DNA of 63,738 nt, counting the filler, from Reclinomonas americana ATCC 50394 (lineage: Eukaryota), in NCBI GenBank assembly GCA_048213135.1. It is 8 parts of 5 records of this genome, joined end to end, with 100 filler letters (N's around TTAATTAATTAA, not from the genome) between each part and the next. Parts side by side here need not be neighbours in the genome. Positions count along the whole stretch, not along the records: positions 1 to 18,169 come from PS015222.1; positions 18,270 to 26,474 come from PS015222.1; 6 more parts are not named here. One strand, written 5' to 3'. Position 1 is the stretch's first letter. Every line of letters begins with the position of its first letter. The notes under the pieces are model-generated. The model was given only the letters and a program-made list of their open reading frames with translations. It ran no database searches and had not been told where the DNA came from. A program made the position numbers and the translations under genes. Of this stretch, positions 12,201 through 24,200 are shown one piece after another.

Positions 12201-14417
12201 AGTGCGCAACAACAGAAAATGCATGCAAGCGTGCCGACAACAGCTTCCACACGTGTTCCAGGCTGACGTATGGCGAAATACGAGCAAAGGTGGCCACTTG
12301 GTCCAGCTGCGCGACGATACGACGGGGGATGATCAGCAGTGGACACCTCGTACTCTCTTTCCGTAGCACACCCCGCTTGTACCTGTGCGTCGAGAAGCGC
12401 CTGCTCGTCGAAAATCTCCGCGCCCGGATCATCCTCGTCCAGATTCAACTGCAATCGACCCTTGCGCAAACGTGCATCCACGTACGTCTGGAAAATAAAG
12501 GTCGCACATTGCGGCACTGCGGCGTCCACGGGCACATGCGACGTGGCCAACAACTCCACATCGACAGCTGCCGGGGGTGACGAAACAGAGTGAGTGCGCG
12601 TTCGCCCACAATCTCCACACACCCAGCGGCGCCCTCACCGATGAATGCCCAACAGTCCAGCAGCACATCAAAACTCTCCAGCAACCACGTCTGTTCGACG
12701 TCGTCGGCGGGCGGGTGGAGGGTGAAACAGATGAGATCCATCATGAACGACAGCAGTGGCTGGAAGCACGGCAGCTGCGTCAGCTTCTTCAGCGTCAGGT
12801 TTTGCACGCAGCGCAGCAGAATCTGCGACACGTCGAGGAGCTCGGTCGAGCGCAAGTCCTCGTCCAGATCAGCAGGCGCACTGACAGCAATGCAACTCGA
12901 TGAGGCGCAGTGGTTTCGACGGGAAAAAGAAAAAAGTGAGCGCGCAACTGCTGGTACCACTCCATGACGCCCGTCAGCAGCGACGACATGAACTGGAGCT
13001 CGTTGTTGAGGTCCGCAAAGATGCTGCCGCGCAGTGACGCCATCTGCATCATGATCTCACACAGGGTGTGCGAGGTCGTTGGCTCCGCACGGGCGAGCTC
13101 GTGTGCCTGCATCCTTCGTGAGCGAACGGCAAAACAGCAGCAGCAAGCCGAGCAGGCAGCGGACCTTGAGAAACAGAAGCAAGACCGAGTCGTTCGCCAC
13201 CAAGTCGTGCCACGCAGCGCCGGGTTCCACAAACGACGTAGACATCTTGACCTGACCGGAGCCGACCGACGGCGACATGAGTGCACGCAGTGAACTCGAT
13301 TCTGCGTGCGCACAAACGCGTGAATGTGGAGTCGCACAGCTCGGTTTCGCACACAACAACGCTGGAGTCACCTTTGCTCTCCATGAAATCCCACGACAGA
13401 ATGTTGCCGAGCAGCGTTACAGTGTGCGCAAACAAGTGCGCGTCATCCTCTCGCACAGTCCCGTCGACTGCCGAGGTCACCACCTGATGCAACAGTTGCA
13501 ATGCGACGCTAAACGAGCCATGCAAAAAGCTCTCCTGAAACGAGGCGCGTACTGTCGCGTGAAAGTCCCACGACACGCCCATCCGCGACCCCGACACTGA
13601 GCAGAATTCCGTGACCAGTTCCGAGATCAGAATGGTGCCGGCCAGTTTCTGATGGACTCGCACCGACGAGATCAGCGTCGACGCATGCCCCACGTCTGAG
13701 AGAGAGAGAGAGAGACAGGAAAGCTCACCATCTCACTCGTCTCCATCTCCAGCAACGCGCTAATCTGCGAATGCAACACATAGTGCTCCTCGTCGGTCGT
13801 GTCGAGCCAGTCGCGCTTGATCATCAACGCCAACGCACGTGCCGTCATTCGACTGACTGTGCGTTCTCCCACGCTATATACATGCACACACTGATGGTGA
13901 ACGACGATGCGCAATGAGAAGAGACGACAACAACAGCGACGACGCACCGTGGCGCCACATGCACGAGATACGTCATGAGGAACCCGCGCAACTCGGCGCG
14001 AAACTCTCGTGTCAGCAGCGGCCACACACGCATGTACACCTCCGGCATGGCAGAGAGCGCCTGCATGAGCGCATCGGACTCCCTCGAGTGTGCTGCGTGG
14101 GGGCGCACGATCACAATCATCCCCAGCATCATCCTCTCTCAGTCAACGATGATCGCTATCTCACCGACAATGTAATAGAACGCCACCAGGCTGTCGTTAT
14201 CCTTGCGCCACTCCTGCAACGCACTCTGCGCCGAGTGCACCATCGCTGGGTTCTGCACATCCACACATACACGAGCGCGCGCGAAATCAGAGACAAGTCG
14301 CACACAGACATGTGGATCGAAAAAACGGCAACGCACTCGCAGCGATCGACTGGCCGCCTCGAACTCGTGCCGAAACGCATCGAGCTTCTCGTCGAACGGC
14401 GGCCCGCGTTCCTCCAT
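9205..14417 (-). CDS. XPO4: Exportin-4-like karyopherin (many introns)
   Basis: ALALMIKRDWLD, ILISELVTEF, MGVSWDFH, NILSWDF, EDIYWLL..LAD..DGETPMVP, LFNKDFLDFS, QYPNLASEFF. Confidence 0.8.
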
Positions 14418-14497
14418 GTTATGTTGCGTGAGCAGAGTGAGTTCACAATCCACTCCACTCGACCAATCACAAGCATCGGAACTAAACTAACCTCATC

Positions 14498-15538
14498 ATG
14501 TCGGGACGCAGGGGTGGCATCAAAGTGACGTTGAGCGAGCGGTTCAAGACCGTCAAGGTTCGTGTGTGTGTGTGTGTGTGCACGCGGAAGAGAAGGAGAG
14601 GTGGTTTCGCGAAAGGAAAAACAGTGCGGTTTGCCATGGCCATGTTGCCTCGTTTTGGCCTGCGCGCGTGTGTCAGTGTGTCATTGTGCACACTGTATGT
14701 GTGACGGTGCACCTGTGCGCCCGTTGCACCGCCCATCAACAGCAGCAACGTCACGAGAGGGAGGGAGCAAGTGTGTCCATTTCATGTTGTCTTACTTGCA
14801 AGTTTCCAGTCGCAAGCCGGCGCCAAGATGGCGGGCAAGACCGTGCAGCGACGTGTCTCTGCGCAGCAAGTGGGACACGCGAACCGCACGCAGGCGGTGC
14901 AGCAGCGACGTCGCGGTGTGCAGCAGGAGACGCAGGTGGTGCGGCCACAGGTCAATGCCAACCGGCGAGTGGCACGTGGTGGTGGCCAGCTCTCCCCGCG
15001 CGGAGGTGTGTGTCTTAAGCAAGAGTGTGTGTGCATGTGTGTGCGTGGTGCTCACTGCGTGGTGGTAGGCCGTGGCGGTCGTCGCGGTGGTGCAGTGGCC
15101 GTAGCAGGTGGTCGCGGTGGTGGTCGCGGTGGTGGTCGCGGTGGAGCTCGCGGTGGTGCTGCTGGTGGACGTGGTGGTCGCGGTGGCCGTGGAGGTCGTG
15201 GTGGCCGCGGTGGCCGTGGTGGCCGCGGCGGTGCCGCCGGTGGACGCGGTGGCGGAGTGAGTCCCTCGTTTTTCTGCAATCGGTTCGGTTCCTCGCCGTT
15301 TGCTAATGGGTGCTGCAGGCCAACATTGACGATCTCGACAAGGAGCTGGACGACTACATGGGCCGTGATCACTCAGTGTCGAAGCTCGACGATGAGCTGG
15401 ATGCGTACTGGACGAGGTGCGGTGGTGGACTGCTTCTCTCTCTCATACTGCGGTCCAGCTGACGGTTGTTGTTGTTGTGGTGGTTGTTGCAGTGCACCGA
15501 AGGGTGCCGATGGAGCGGATGCTGTGGCGGCCGAGTAA
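14498..15538 (+). CDS. CHTOP: CHTOP/Friend of PRMT1-like RGG protein
   Basis: N-terminal VTLSERF, long RGG tract, duplicated C-terminal motif DLDKELDDYM / KLDDELDAYW. Confidence 0.8.
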
Positions 15539-15674
15539 CGCTCAAACGTGTCGGTGATGTGCGCGGGAGAGAGGGAGAGCGAGAGGGAACGGAGTGCTGG
15601 CAGAGGAATGGCGTAATGCAACAAAAAATCAAACAGTGCTTTTTTTACTGCTCTCCCACGGTGGGTGGCGCTGT

Positions 15675-17365
15675 TCAGAGCTTGGCCCGCAGCGTTTGCC
15701 CGCTGTGATCTGCTTCGGCTACGGCGCGCTTGCGAATGGCCTCGTGCAGCATGTGTCCCTGCTGGAACTGTCGCAAGCTCTGCTGGTCATCGTCGCTCAG
15801 CAGCAGACCCTATCGAGGGCACGATCAATACCGTGAGAACAGGTGACTCTCGTTTCTCTCTCTCTCTCTTTTTGCGGGACTCTTGCCTTTTGGATTGGCA
15901 TCTTCCAGCCGGCGCGATCCACTGCGGCCACCGTAAAGTACCCTGGGTGGCGACGTGCAAGTCAGCATGTTTTCTCCCTCTCTATCTTCTCCGATCGCAA
16001 CACACCAGTGTGGGACTTGCGCACGACATTGTCGGCGGCCACGACACACACATCGACGCGAACGGTCATGTGGTGAGCACTGACGTAGATGATGCGTGCA
16101 GTGGCGCGGACCATGTCGATGATGTTGACGGGGAGCTGCGAGGGGAGTGAGAACACACACGCAGTGCAGCATCAGCCATCACTTCATGAAGAACCTTGAA
16201 CACCACACGATTCATGTGCGTGGTGAAGCACTCGTCTTGCCCGAGGAAAGCCTTGCACGTGTACGACGACAATTTCTGCACCGAAACGGCGTGAGGCAAG
16301 CAAGCTATGTGGGGTGCGGCGAGATGGTCTCTGCTGCCCACCTCCATCATGTCGAGCATCTCGCCGCCAAAGAGAAAGTTGTTGGGATTCTTATCCTTGG
16401 GCGCAAACAGCTTCTGGAACACGATCTCCGTGTCGGCCATTGGTACCTTTACGGTCTTTGACTGGTTCAGCTCGTCTTCCACATCGGCCACTATGTAGAA
16501 CAAGAGAGAAGTGAGACAACAGTTGTGCATTTGTGCTCGATCTCGCCACCGAACCAGTCAGGCGACCCTCGACGGCCGGGAACTCTGCGACGCAGTCAGT
16601 GAGTCGCCTGTTGACGAGCAACGCATCCACCACGACACACCCACCATTCCGCTCCACGGCGCTCGCCCGATCGCTCTCCGAATCCCGACCGCCGGAGTTG
16701 ACACTGACCTTGGCCGCGGCCTCCGCCTTGGCCGCCTCCTCCTGCTCCAGCAGGCGCGGGATCTGATCCGTTGGTCTCAGCTGCGCATCGAGCGCCACCA
16801 GCGTCACATCGCCAACGAGCACCAGCTGCCACTGACTCGACTGCAGATCGCGACGAAACACACGACTGCGCACGACCATCGATGTTCTCCCTATATATCC
16901 AAACGCAGACTGAGCGATGCTCGACAACAAGCAGTAGCAAGTGGGCACGTAGTATACCCACGCGCAGCAGCTCGCCCTCCACGCGCACCAGATCGCCATG
17001 CAGCACCGGTCGCTTCACACTCACCGCGTCAAACAACAGCGTCGTGATGCGCGTCTGGCAGTGCGCAAACGCCACTCGCCCCGCCGTCACATCCTATCGC
17101 ACCACTCACTCAGAAACGCACTCAACGCACACAGACACACAGTAGACGCACCACCATCTTCAGAATCTGTCTGTGCACACCGATCAGCAACAGCAAAGAG
17201 ACACAGAGACAGAGACAGTGTGGCCTGTGCGCACCCAATGCCCATCACATGCTGGCGAAGCACATCGTTGCCGACGATATCGCACAGGAACGAGCGAGTA
17301 TCGGCACGCGACTTGATCACGGAGCGTCCGAGCGGTTGCAACGTCGGCTTCCCGTCGGCGTACAT
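15675..17365 (-). CDS. Double HotDog acyl-CoA thioesterase with C-terminal PTS1 (-AKL)
   Basis: GQILKMVDVTAG...RPVLHGDLV...VGRTSMVV, second HotDog KDKNPNNFLFGGEMLDMME; last exon ends LRAKL*. Confidence 0.8.
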
Positions 17366-17448
17366 AACAGAGAAAGACAAGTCGTACTCCGATCGATCGG
17401 TGTTTTTCTGTCGTTCACCTTTTTTGTTGTGTGCGACTGTGTGTGACA

Positions 17449-18804
17449 ATGGCGAGTGCGGCTGGAGGCGAGGGGAAGCGGCAGTTTACGATGGCCGAGG
17501 TGGCGCAGCACAACAAGCCCGATGGTGCGACTGTTGCGCGCGAAAACGCTTGTGACTCTCTCTCTCACTCGTGTGTGTGTGTGTGCAGACTGCTGGATGG
17601 TGATGTATGGGCGTGTGCTGGACGTCTCCAAGTTTGTCGATGAGCATCCTGGTGGCGAGGCGTTTATCATGGTTCTTTTTTGTGGCGATCTTTGCGTGTC
17701 TGTGTGTGAGTTGGTGCTCATTCAATGTGCAGGAGGGCGCGGGCATTGATGCCACCACGCTGTTTGATCCCATGTTCGTTGCCTCTCTTGCTCGTGTGTG
17801 TCTGTCTATGTGAGTTGGTGACCGTGGATTTGCAGCCACTCCACGTTTGCCAAGGAGTTGATCAGCAAGTATGAGATTGGCGAGCTGAAGAAGGGTATGT
17901 ATGAGGAGGCTCCTGGTTTTCTTCAGTTGTTGTCGTGCTGCTGATGGGTGTTTCGCTGTTGCTGCTGCACGTAGAGGCGCCCAGTTCATTGTCAGTGTCG
18001 TCGCTGCTGGTGGGCCCATCGTCGGCCAGTGGTTCGTTCTCCTTCCCAAGCAGCCTCGATCGTTTGTGGGAGCTCACAAATTGTCGTCTGTGAGCAGCGG
18101 CCAGAGGAGAGGCGGCTCCGGGTGCGCTGCCGTCGGCGCTGACCAATGCCAAGCGCGAGGGATTCCACGNNNNNNNNNNNNNNNNNNNNNNNNNNNNNNN
18201 NNNNNNNNNNNNNTTAATTAATTAANNNNNNNNNNNNNNNNNNNNNNNNNNNNNNNNNNNNNNNNNNNNAGAGGCGGCACATGTGGTGCTCATTGGCGCC
18301 GGCACTGGAATCACTCCGCTGTACTCGGTGCGCAGTTTCTCGCCTCTCTCCCTTTTCTTGGCCGTGGCTCTCACCTTGTGCCTTCTATTCAGGTGGCCAC
18401 TGGGTTGCTGAAGGCCGGCACCGATCACAAGATTCATCTGTTGTACTCAAACCGTCACGAAGGTGGCGTCGTTGTCCCAACTATCTGCCCCTCTGCCAGC
18501 GCTCTCACGCAGTCGTGCAGAGGACATTTTGCTGCGTGCGGAGCTCGATGCCTACCGCGCAGAGTACGGCGATCGTTTTTCTGTCTCGCTCGTGCTCACC
18601 AGTCCGCCGGAGTCGTGGGAGCCGGCCGTGTTGCGCGGTCGTCTGAATTCTGACAAGGTGCGTCAGCTGCTTCCCGAGGATGTGCTGGCGGGCGGAGCGC
18701 CGACGCGCTACCTGCTGTGCGGTCCCGACGGATTTTGCGCCGACATGCGGCGAGCACTGACCGACGTCTTTGGCGTGCCGGCCGAGAGCATGTTTACCTT
18801 TTGA
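17449..18804 (+). CDS. Cytochrome b5 domain plus NADH-cytochrome b5 reductase NAD-binding domain (probable fusion; middle in gap)
   Basis: EVAQHNKPDDCW...HPGG...HS..A heme motifs; after the gap LIGAGTGITPL, IHLLYSNR, EDILLRAELD, LLCGPDGF, MFTF*. Confidence 0.75.
18170..18269. other. Artificial 100-nt gap with six-frame stop linker TTAATTAATTAA (also 26475-26574, 38382-38481, 49143-49242, 56655-56754, 60704-60803, 62601-62700)
   Basis: Identical 12-mer centred in N runs seven times. Confidence 0.97.
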
Positions 18805-18840
18805 TTGTCGGGGCGACACGCTCATGCTGTGCACCTATAT

Positions 18841-18846
18841 AATAAA
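18841..18846 (+). promoter_or_regulatory. Candidate polyadenylation signal AATAAA
   Basis: Lies 36 nt after the b5 reductase stop, in the short convergent intergenic space. Confidence 0.4.
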
Positions 18847-18865
18847 GGTGTACTGAGATTCTCAA

Positions 18866-20756
18866 TCAGGTGCTGTCGCAGCAACTGCAGCAATGGCAGC
18901 TGTCGCAGTGGCAGCAGTCGCAATGACAGCCGCCCTTGTCGCACTTTGGGCAGCAGCTGCACGCATCCGTGCAGCAATTCCATGTGCCCTCCTCGCAGCA
19001 CGTGCGGCAGCAGTCCTTGCACACACCCTCCTCCTGTTCGGTGGCGTGGCGCGATAAGTGGCACGCGCGGGAATCATAATAGGGTCGATCGCAGCAGCAA
19101 CAGACCTTGTCGTCACCTCCATTTTTCGACGGAGGCAGTCCCTGTTGCGTGGCCGCCGCTGCGGCCGCCGCTGCCGCTGCTGCTGCTCCTCCCACGACAC
19201 CAGCAGCCGCTGGCATTGGCGGTGATGCAGAGGGGGCAGGCGGGAGATTTGGCACACTGTGAACAAGCATGAGTCAGGCGCACACCCCCAACAGTGACGA
19301 ATCGAGGTACAACAGCGCACCGTCGTACTTCTGGCGGCTGCGCGCTTTGCTCACCACGCTGGTGAGGATCATCGGACCTCGCGTACAACAGAACAGATGG
19401 GGCGCCGTCAGTGGCCAGCATTGCAGCACCAGCGTCAGCAGTCTGCCGTCGCGATTGGCAGGCGGTCATCTTGGCGGCGGAGGTCGGCAAGAACGAACGG
19501 AGAGGCATTGCGCTCGCATGCGTGTCTCGCAGTGCTCGAATGGCACGCACACATCTGGCCTGCAGCTCGCTCCCGAGCAACTGCGTCAGCACGTCTCTGT
19601 CATTCGACTTGCCGGCCGTCGTCGTGGTCATGGATGTGACGTGCTGCATGAGGGTGTTGTGTGCCGACTCGTAGAGCGACCAACTGCGCAGGATTGGGGG
19701 TGTGTCAGCGGGTGGGTAACACACAGTTCGAATGGCACCACGACGAAACACGGTGGGGTACAGCGACGAGACCGGCACCGTGTACAGCAGCGGATTGAAC
19801 TTGTCGGCCTTCAGGTCGCGCTCGTAGTCCTTGACGGCGTCGATGAGGTACAGAATGCGGCCAAATTGCTGCCCGGCCCTGCGACGAGTGCACCGCCATC
19901 AGCTATTGCACAAGCTGCTCTTTCGCGCGCGCGCGCACGCACGCAACAGTCGCAGAGTCGCCGCATTCTCAGGCCGCCCCGCCGCCCACGCCGTCAGCTC
20001 AAACGCATCGGCCACCGCCTGTTCACTGGAGAGCGCCAGGTCGGCAAACGACACAGAACCGTCGCAAAGCACAGCGCGCTGCTCCACCGCCACCTGCTCG
20101 TGCACCGGCGAGCGCAGCACGCGACTGACGATCGCGGCCGGCAGCTCCGGCAAACCCGCCAAAATGGCCGACGCTCGATGCCGCGATCGCTCCGCCACCC
20201 ACTGCAGCCACGACTGCACGCCACCAGCCGTCAGAAGAACGACACTCGAAGGCGAAAACAGCACATGGAACCTTGGGCATCAGCTGTGCCATGGTGTCGC
20301 CATCGGCCAGCGAGTCCTCCGCAGCCGATGCCAGCAGCAGCGACTGAAATGCAGCCGCCAGCAACGGTCCGGGCGATCGCGGATCAGCAATGGCGTACGA
20401 CAGCTTCGGCGGCCACGTTGCGCTTCCGACGTGTCCGCGCAACGGACACACATGCATGACAGTCGGCGGCGATGGTGAAGGCGATGTTGCGGAGGGGGCG
20501 GATGACATTTGTGCGCTGATGAGTACGCTGAGCACGGTGGTGTCGAAGCTGAGCGTCAAACGAGAGGCGTGGCCGAGCTGAGTGACGAGACGATGAGTGC
20601 GCATGTGCAACGAGGCAATCATGACAGACATCGATGATGATGATGATGACAGACCTGCTGCCCCATGGCCACGCATGTACCACACACGTGCTGCCAATAG
20701 GCAGTGCGTAAAGAGCAGCTGCCGAGAAGCTGCCCGCTGCCGACCAACCCGAACAT
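18866..20756 (-). CDS. DUF5685-like protein (bacterial-type family) with Cys-rich C-terminal tail
   Basis: Spliced MFGLV...YWQHVCGTCVAMGQQLGHASRLTLSFD..VLSVLISAQ and GQQFGRILYLIDAVKDYERDLKADKFNPL; tail CCRTCC...CHCDCCHCDSCHCCSCCDST*. Family recalled from motifs. Confidence 0.7.
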
Positions 20757-21273
20757 GCGTGCAATGACCGTCACAGGACACGCTGCCTGCATGCCATTTT
20801 CCACTGCGCTTCTCTCGCTCTCGGCCTGCCTGCGATCATTTTGCATCACTACCACGGTGGCGATCTCGCGCAAGTGGAAACGGAGAGCACGTCGCACATG
20901 AAACGTCGCAGGACATTCTCAACTTTTGTGTGTTGCCACCGTGTGGGTTGTGCGCGTGTCTGTGTGTGTATAGTACACACGTGCTGCCTTGTGTGCGTGT
21001 GGTTGACAAGACGCGCACGCGCGCGAGAGTGTGTGTGTGTTTGACAAAGTGGTGAGTGGTCGTTGGTGACATGGCCGACGCTCGTTTGAGAGAAACAGAG
21101 TGATCGAGATGGAGCCTGGTTCCCCTCTTTTCACTATGGCCACACATGCACACTCCTTATACACACACGCATCTCTCTCGCTCTCTCTCTCTGTGTATGT
21201 GTTTTGCGAAGATTACTCTGTCGTGTCCCTTCTTCTCACTCTTGTATCACACGCAGGTGCGCGGAGATTGTGA

Positions 21274-24200
21274 ATGAGTGATGCCACAGTCATGCCGCCT
21301 GTGTACACCACCGCAGGCGTGGCAAGCGGCTCCTCTTCTTCTTCCTCTTCTTCTTCCTCAGCTTCATCACTGAGTGTTAGCTCCTTCCTGGCCAGTCACC
21401 CCGAGACCGAGCTGCTGCGCGATCACTTTGTGCTGTGTCTGTTGCGTTCAGTGTCTCCCTCTCTCTGTGCGAGTGCGTGTGTGTGTGTAGCAGTTCATTG
21501 CTGACTGCGAGTAGAGCGGTGTCGGACATCATCTCCAATGCGGATCCGACACACGAGTTTTATCAGCAGGCGTGTGCCGAGTTTGGTGTCACGCTGGTCA
21601 CCATGCGTGAGGCCCTTGTGCGGTCAGTCGTTGTCTTTGTCTGTGTGTGTGTGAATCCCGACTGTCGTTGTGCTCGTGCTGAGCGGGAGGCGAGAATGCA
21701 GGGGAGTACCCAAGTGTCGGGAACTGCGCAAGGAACTCGGTCGTGTGTTTCGCACGCACACGTTGCCGAAGGAGGTCATTGATCGGAGAGGTAGGGTAGT
21801 GGTGGTGTGCGTGTGACGCTGCAGGCGAGTGGGCTGCTAATGTCCGTGCGCGCAGGCAATCGTGTCAAGACCAAAACCATCATGGACATTGCATTTCTAA
21901 CAAAGATCTACGATGCGATTCCCACCACGCCACCCACCTGCGAAGGTCTGTCTCTCGTCGCACGTGCGCGCAACCGTCCCATGCAATCTGTGTGTGGCTC
22001 ATGGCGATGGGCGCTCTGCAGATTTGCCGCTGGTATTTCGCTGCATCGGCGAGTTCTTTGCACAGCACGATGAGTATGTGTCGACCAACTTTGTGCCGTC
22101 GGTGCGGGAGCGCTTCATGGAGGAAGTCATACTGTTCTCGTGGCGGTGCACTGTGGACATGTTGGAGTACTTGCAGATGATTGAGCGCGGCAGTGGCTTG
22201 ACAATGCCAGGTAACAGTGCTTCACCCCCTACCTCCGTCGTTTGCTTTCATCGCTCAACGGGATTCGCACGCACAGAGGAATGCGCCGAGACGCTGCGTG
22301 CACTCTACTCGTTCTTCGATTCATTGGCATTCTTTTGCGACAGTGCTCCTCTGCGGAACTTGCTGGCCGCAGTCAAGAGGGTCTGTTGATGGCGAAACTT
22401 GTTTTCGCAGTGGGCGTTGCACGCTGACTCGTGTCCCCCACAGTCCCGCCTGATCAATCTGCTCACCGAGGCCATGCAAGATATTGTACAACGACAGCAA
22501 GCGGAGGAGTCATCGTCTCTGGCCTCCGGCTCCATGTCACGGTCGTCGTCCAAGTCGGCCCTGGATGACTACGCAGCCAACGCATCGCCAGCCATCACAG
22601 CGCCCGTGGATCCGGCGGGTGTGCGGAGATTATCGTCGCAACAACCATCATCACAGTCGCCTGGCGGCTCTGGTGTGTGGCAGCGTCCATCGGTGATCTC
22701 GGTCGTCTCGGAGTCGTTTGACAGCGGCACCCGCGGACGCGCGCGCAGCATTGTGACACCCAACACCAATGTGTGCGTAGCTCACACTACGTCTGCGCCT
22801 TCTCTTCTTCTTCATTGTCGTGTGGACTGACAGCGAGTGATGATGCAGCTCCATGCGCATGGTGGCCGACTTTGAGGCACCCGCCACGCCCGTGTCAGTC
22901 GACAGATTGAGAGTGGCGGAGAGTGCGGCCGAGTTCTCGTCGCCACAGTCTCCGCTGACTCAACCATTCCAGTCGCCTCCTGTGGCGGCGTCGGCCAGCT
23001 CACCTCGCTATCCGACTCAGTCGGCGGCAGCAGCAGCGGCGGCGGCGACAGCCGCTGCCACTGCGGCCGCAAGTGCACCTCACGACGCCGTACCGTCAGC
23101 TGCCATCACCACCACACCACCGACTCCCAAGCACTCGTTCGCCAGTCCCGTTCGCGGCACCGAGTCGCCTTACGAACACCTGCTCAACTCCAGTGGTGTC
23201 GAAGCACACCGCAGATACCAAGCCGAGCGACCCACAACAAGGTGCTGTCGGTTAATTGTGTTTCCTTTCTTTGCTGCGTTGCTCACATACGATACCTTTC
23301 AATGTGTGTGCAGGCAAGGCGTCCTCGAGTTCGCTGGCGATTTGCCGCAGTCTGTGATATGGAAGCTCACCGACGAGGGCGACGCTGTTATGACCCCTCG
23401 CAACATGTATGCTGGTGGAGCCGGCGGCAGCGGTGCAGGTGGTGGCGGAATTGGTGGAGCTGGTGCTGGTCCGTCGGCCGCCAGTTCAGTCAGTGGTGGC
23501 GGTGACGGGAAGCGCCGGCGTCCAAGCAGTGCGCTGCCGTACAGCCCGGCCTCGAGTCGGCCGTCGACCGCCACTTCGACACTCTTTTCGAGCTCGAATG
23601 GCCCCGTTGCCGGCGCTCCCGACCCAACGCACGTGCACTCGCCAGTGCAGATACCACCGTACTCGCCGGGTAGTGCACACCTGTCGGCCACATCACCTGG
23701 CATGGCTGCGCGTCGCCGCAGCTCGATGAATCGTCCTCTGCGCGGAGGCACCGCCAAGCACGACTCGTCCACCACCAACTCGTCGCAGCCGCACATGTCG
23801 AGTGTGTCGCGCGATTTCGACGCCGTCTCGTCGTCGTCGTCTGACGGAGAAGTGGAACGCGTGGACACGTCGCCGCTTCCGGGTGGCGCGGACCCGACCG
23901 GTGCGGGTTTGTCGGCCAGACCGCCGCTGGAGACGCTGTCGCGAGGTGACGCCGTGCCGCGATACTCGGAGCTGCCTTCTTCTGCCGTAGCCGCAGTCGC
24001 AGCCGCAGCCGCAGCAACGACAGTGACGACTCCTGCTGTGTCGTTGCTGTCCTCGCCGCAGGCGCCCCTGGTACCGCCATCACTGGAGAGTCTGTCGCGT
24101 GGCGAAGCTGTGCCGCGGTACACTGCGCCGCCAACGGAGGCCAAAGGGGATTTTATTGTGCCTTCCGCGGCTGGTGAGGAGCCGAGTGACGCACTTGGCG

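Noticed and set aside
15070-15255. GGTGGYCGY tandem repeat as a DNA repeat or array
   Set aside because: It encodes the RGG tract of CHTOP.
16940-16960. GTATAC donor as a U12-type intron
   Set aside because: It lacks the GTATCCTT consensus and a TCCTTAAC branch site.
18214-18225. Recurrent palindromic TTAATTAATTAA as a biological repeat or insertion site
   Set aside because: Always centred in a 100-nt N gap; it is an assembly linker with stops in six frames.
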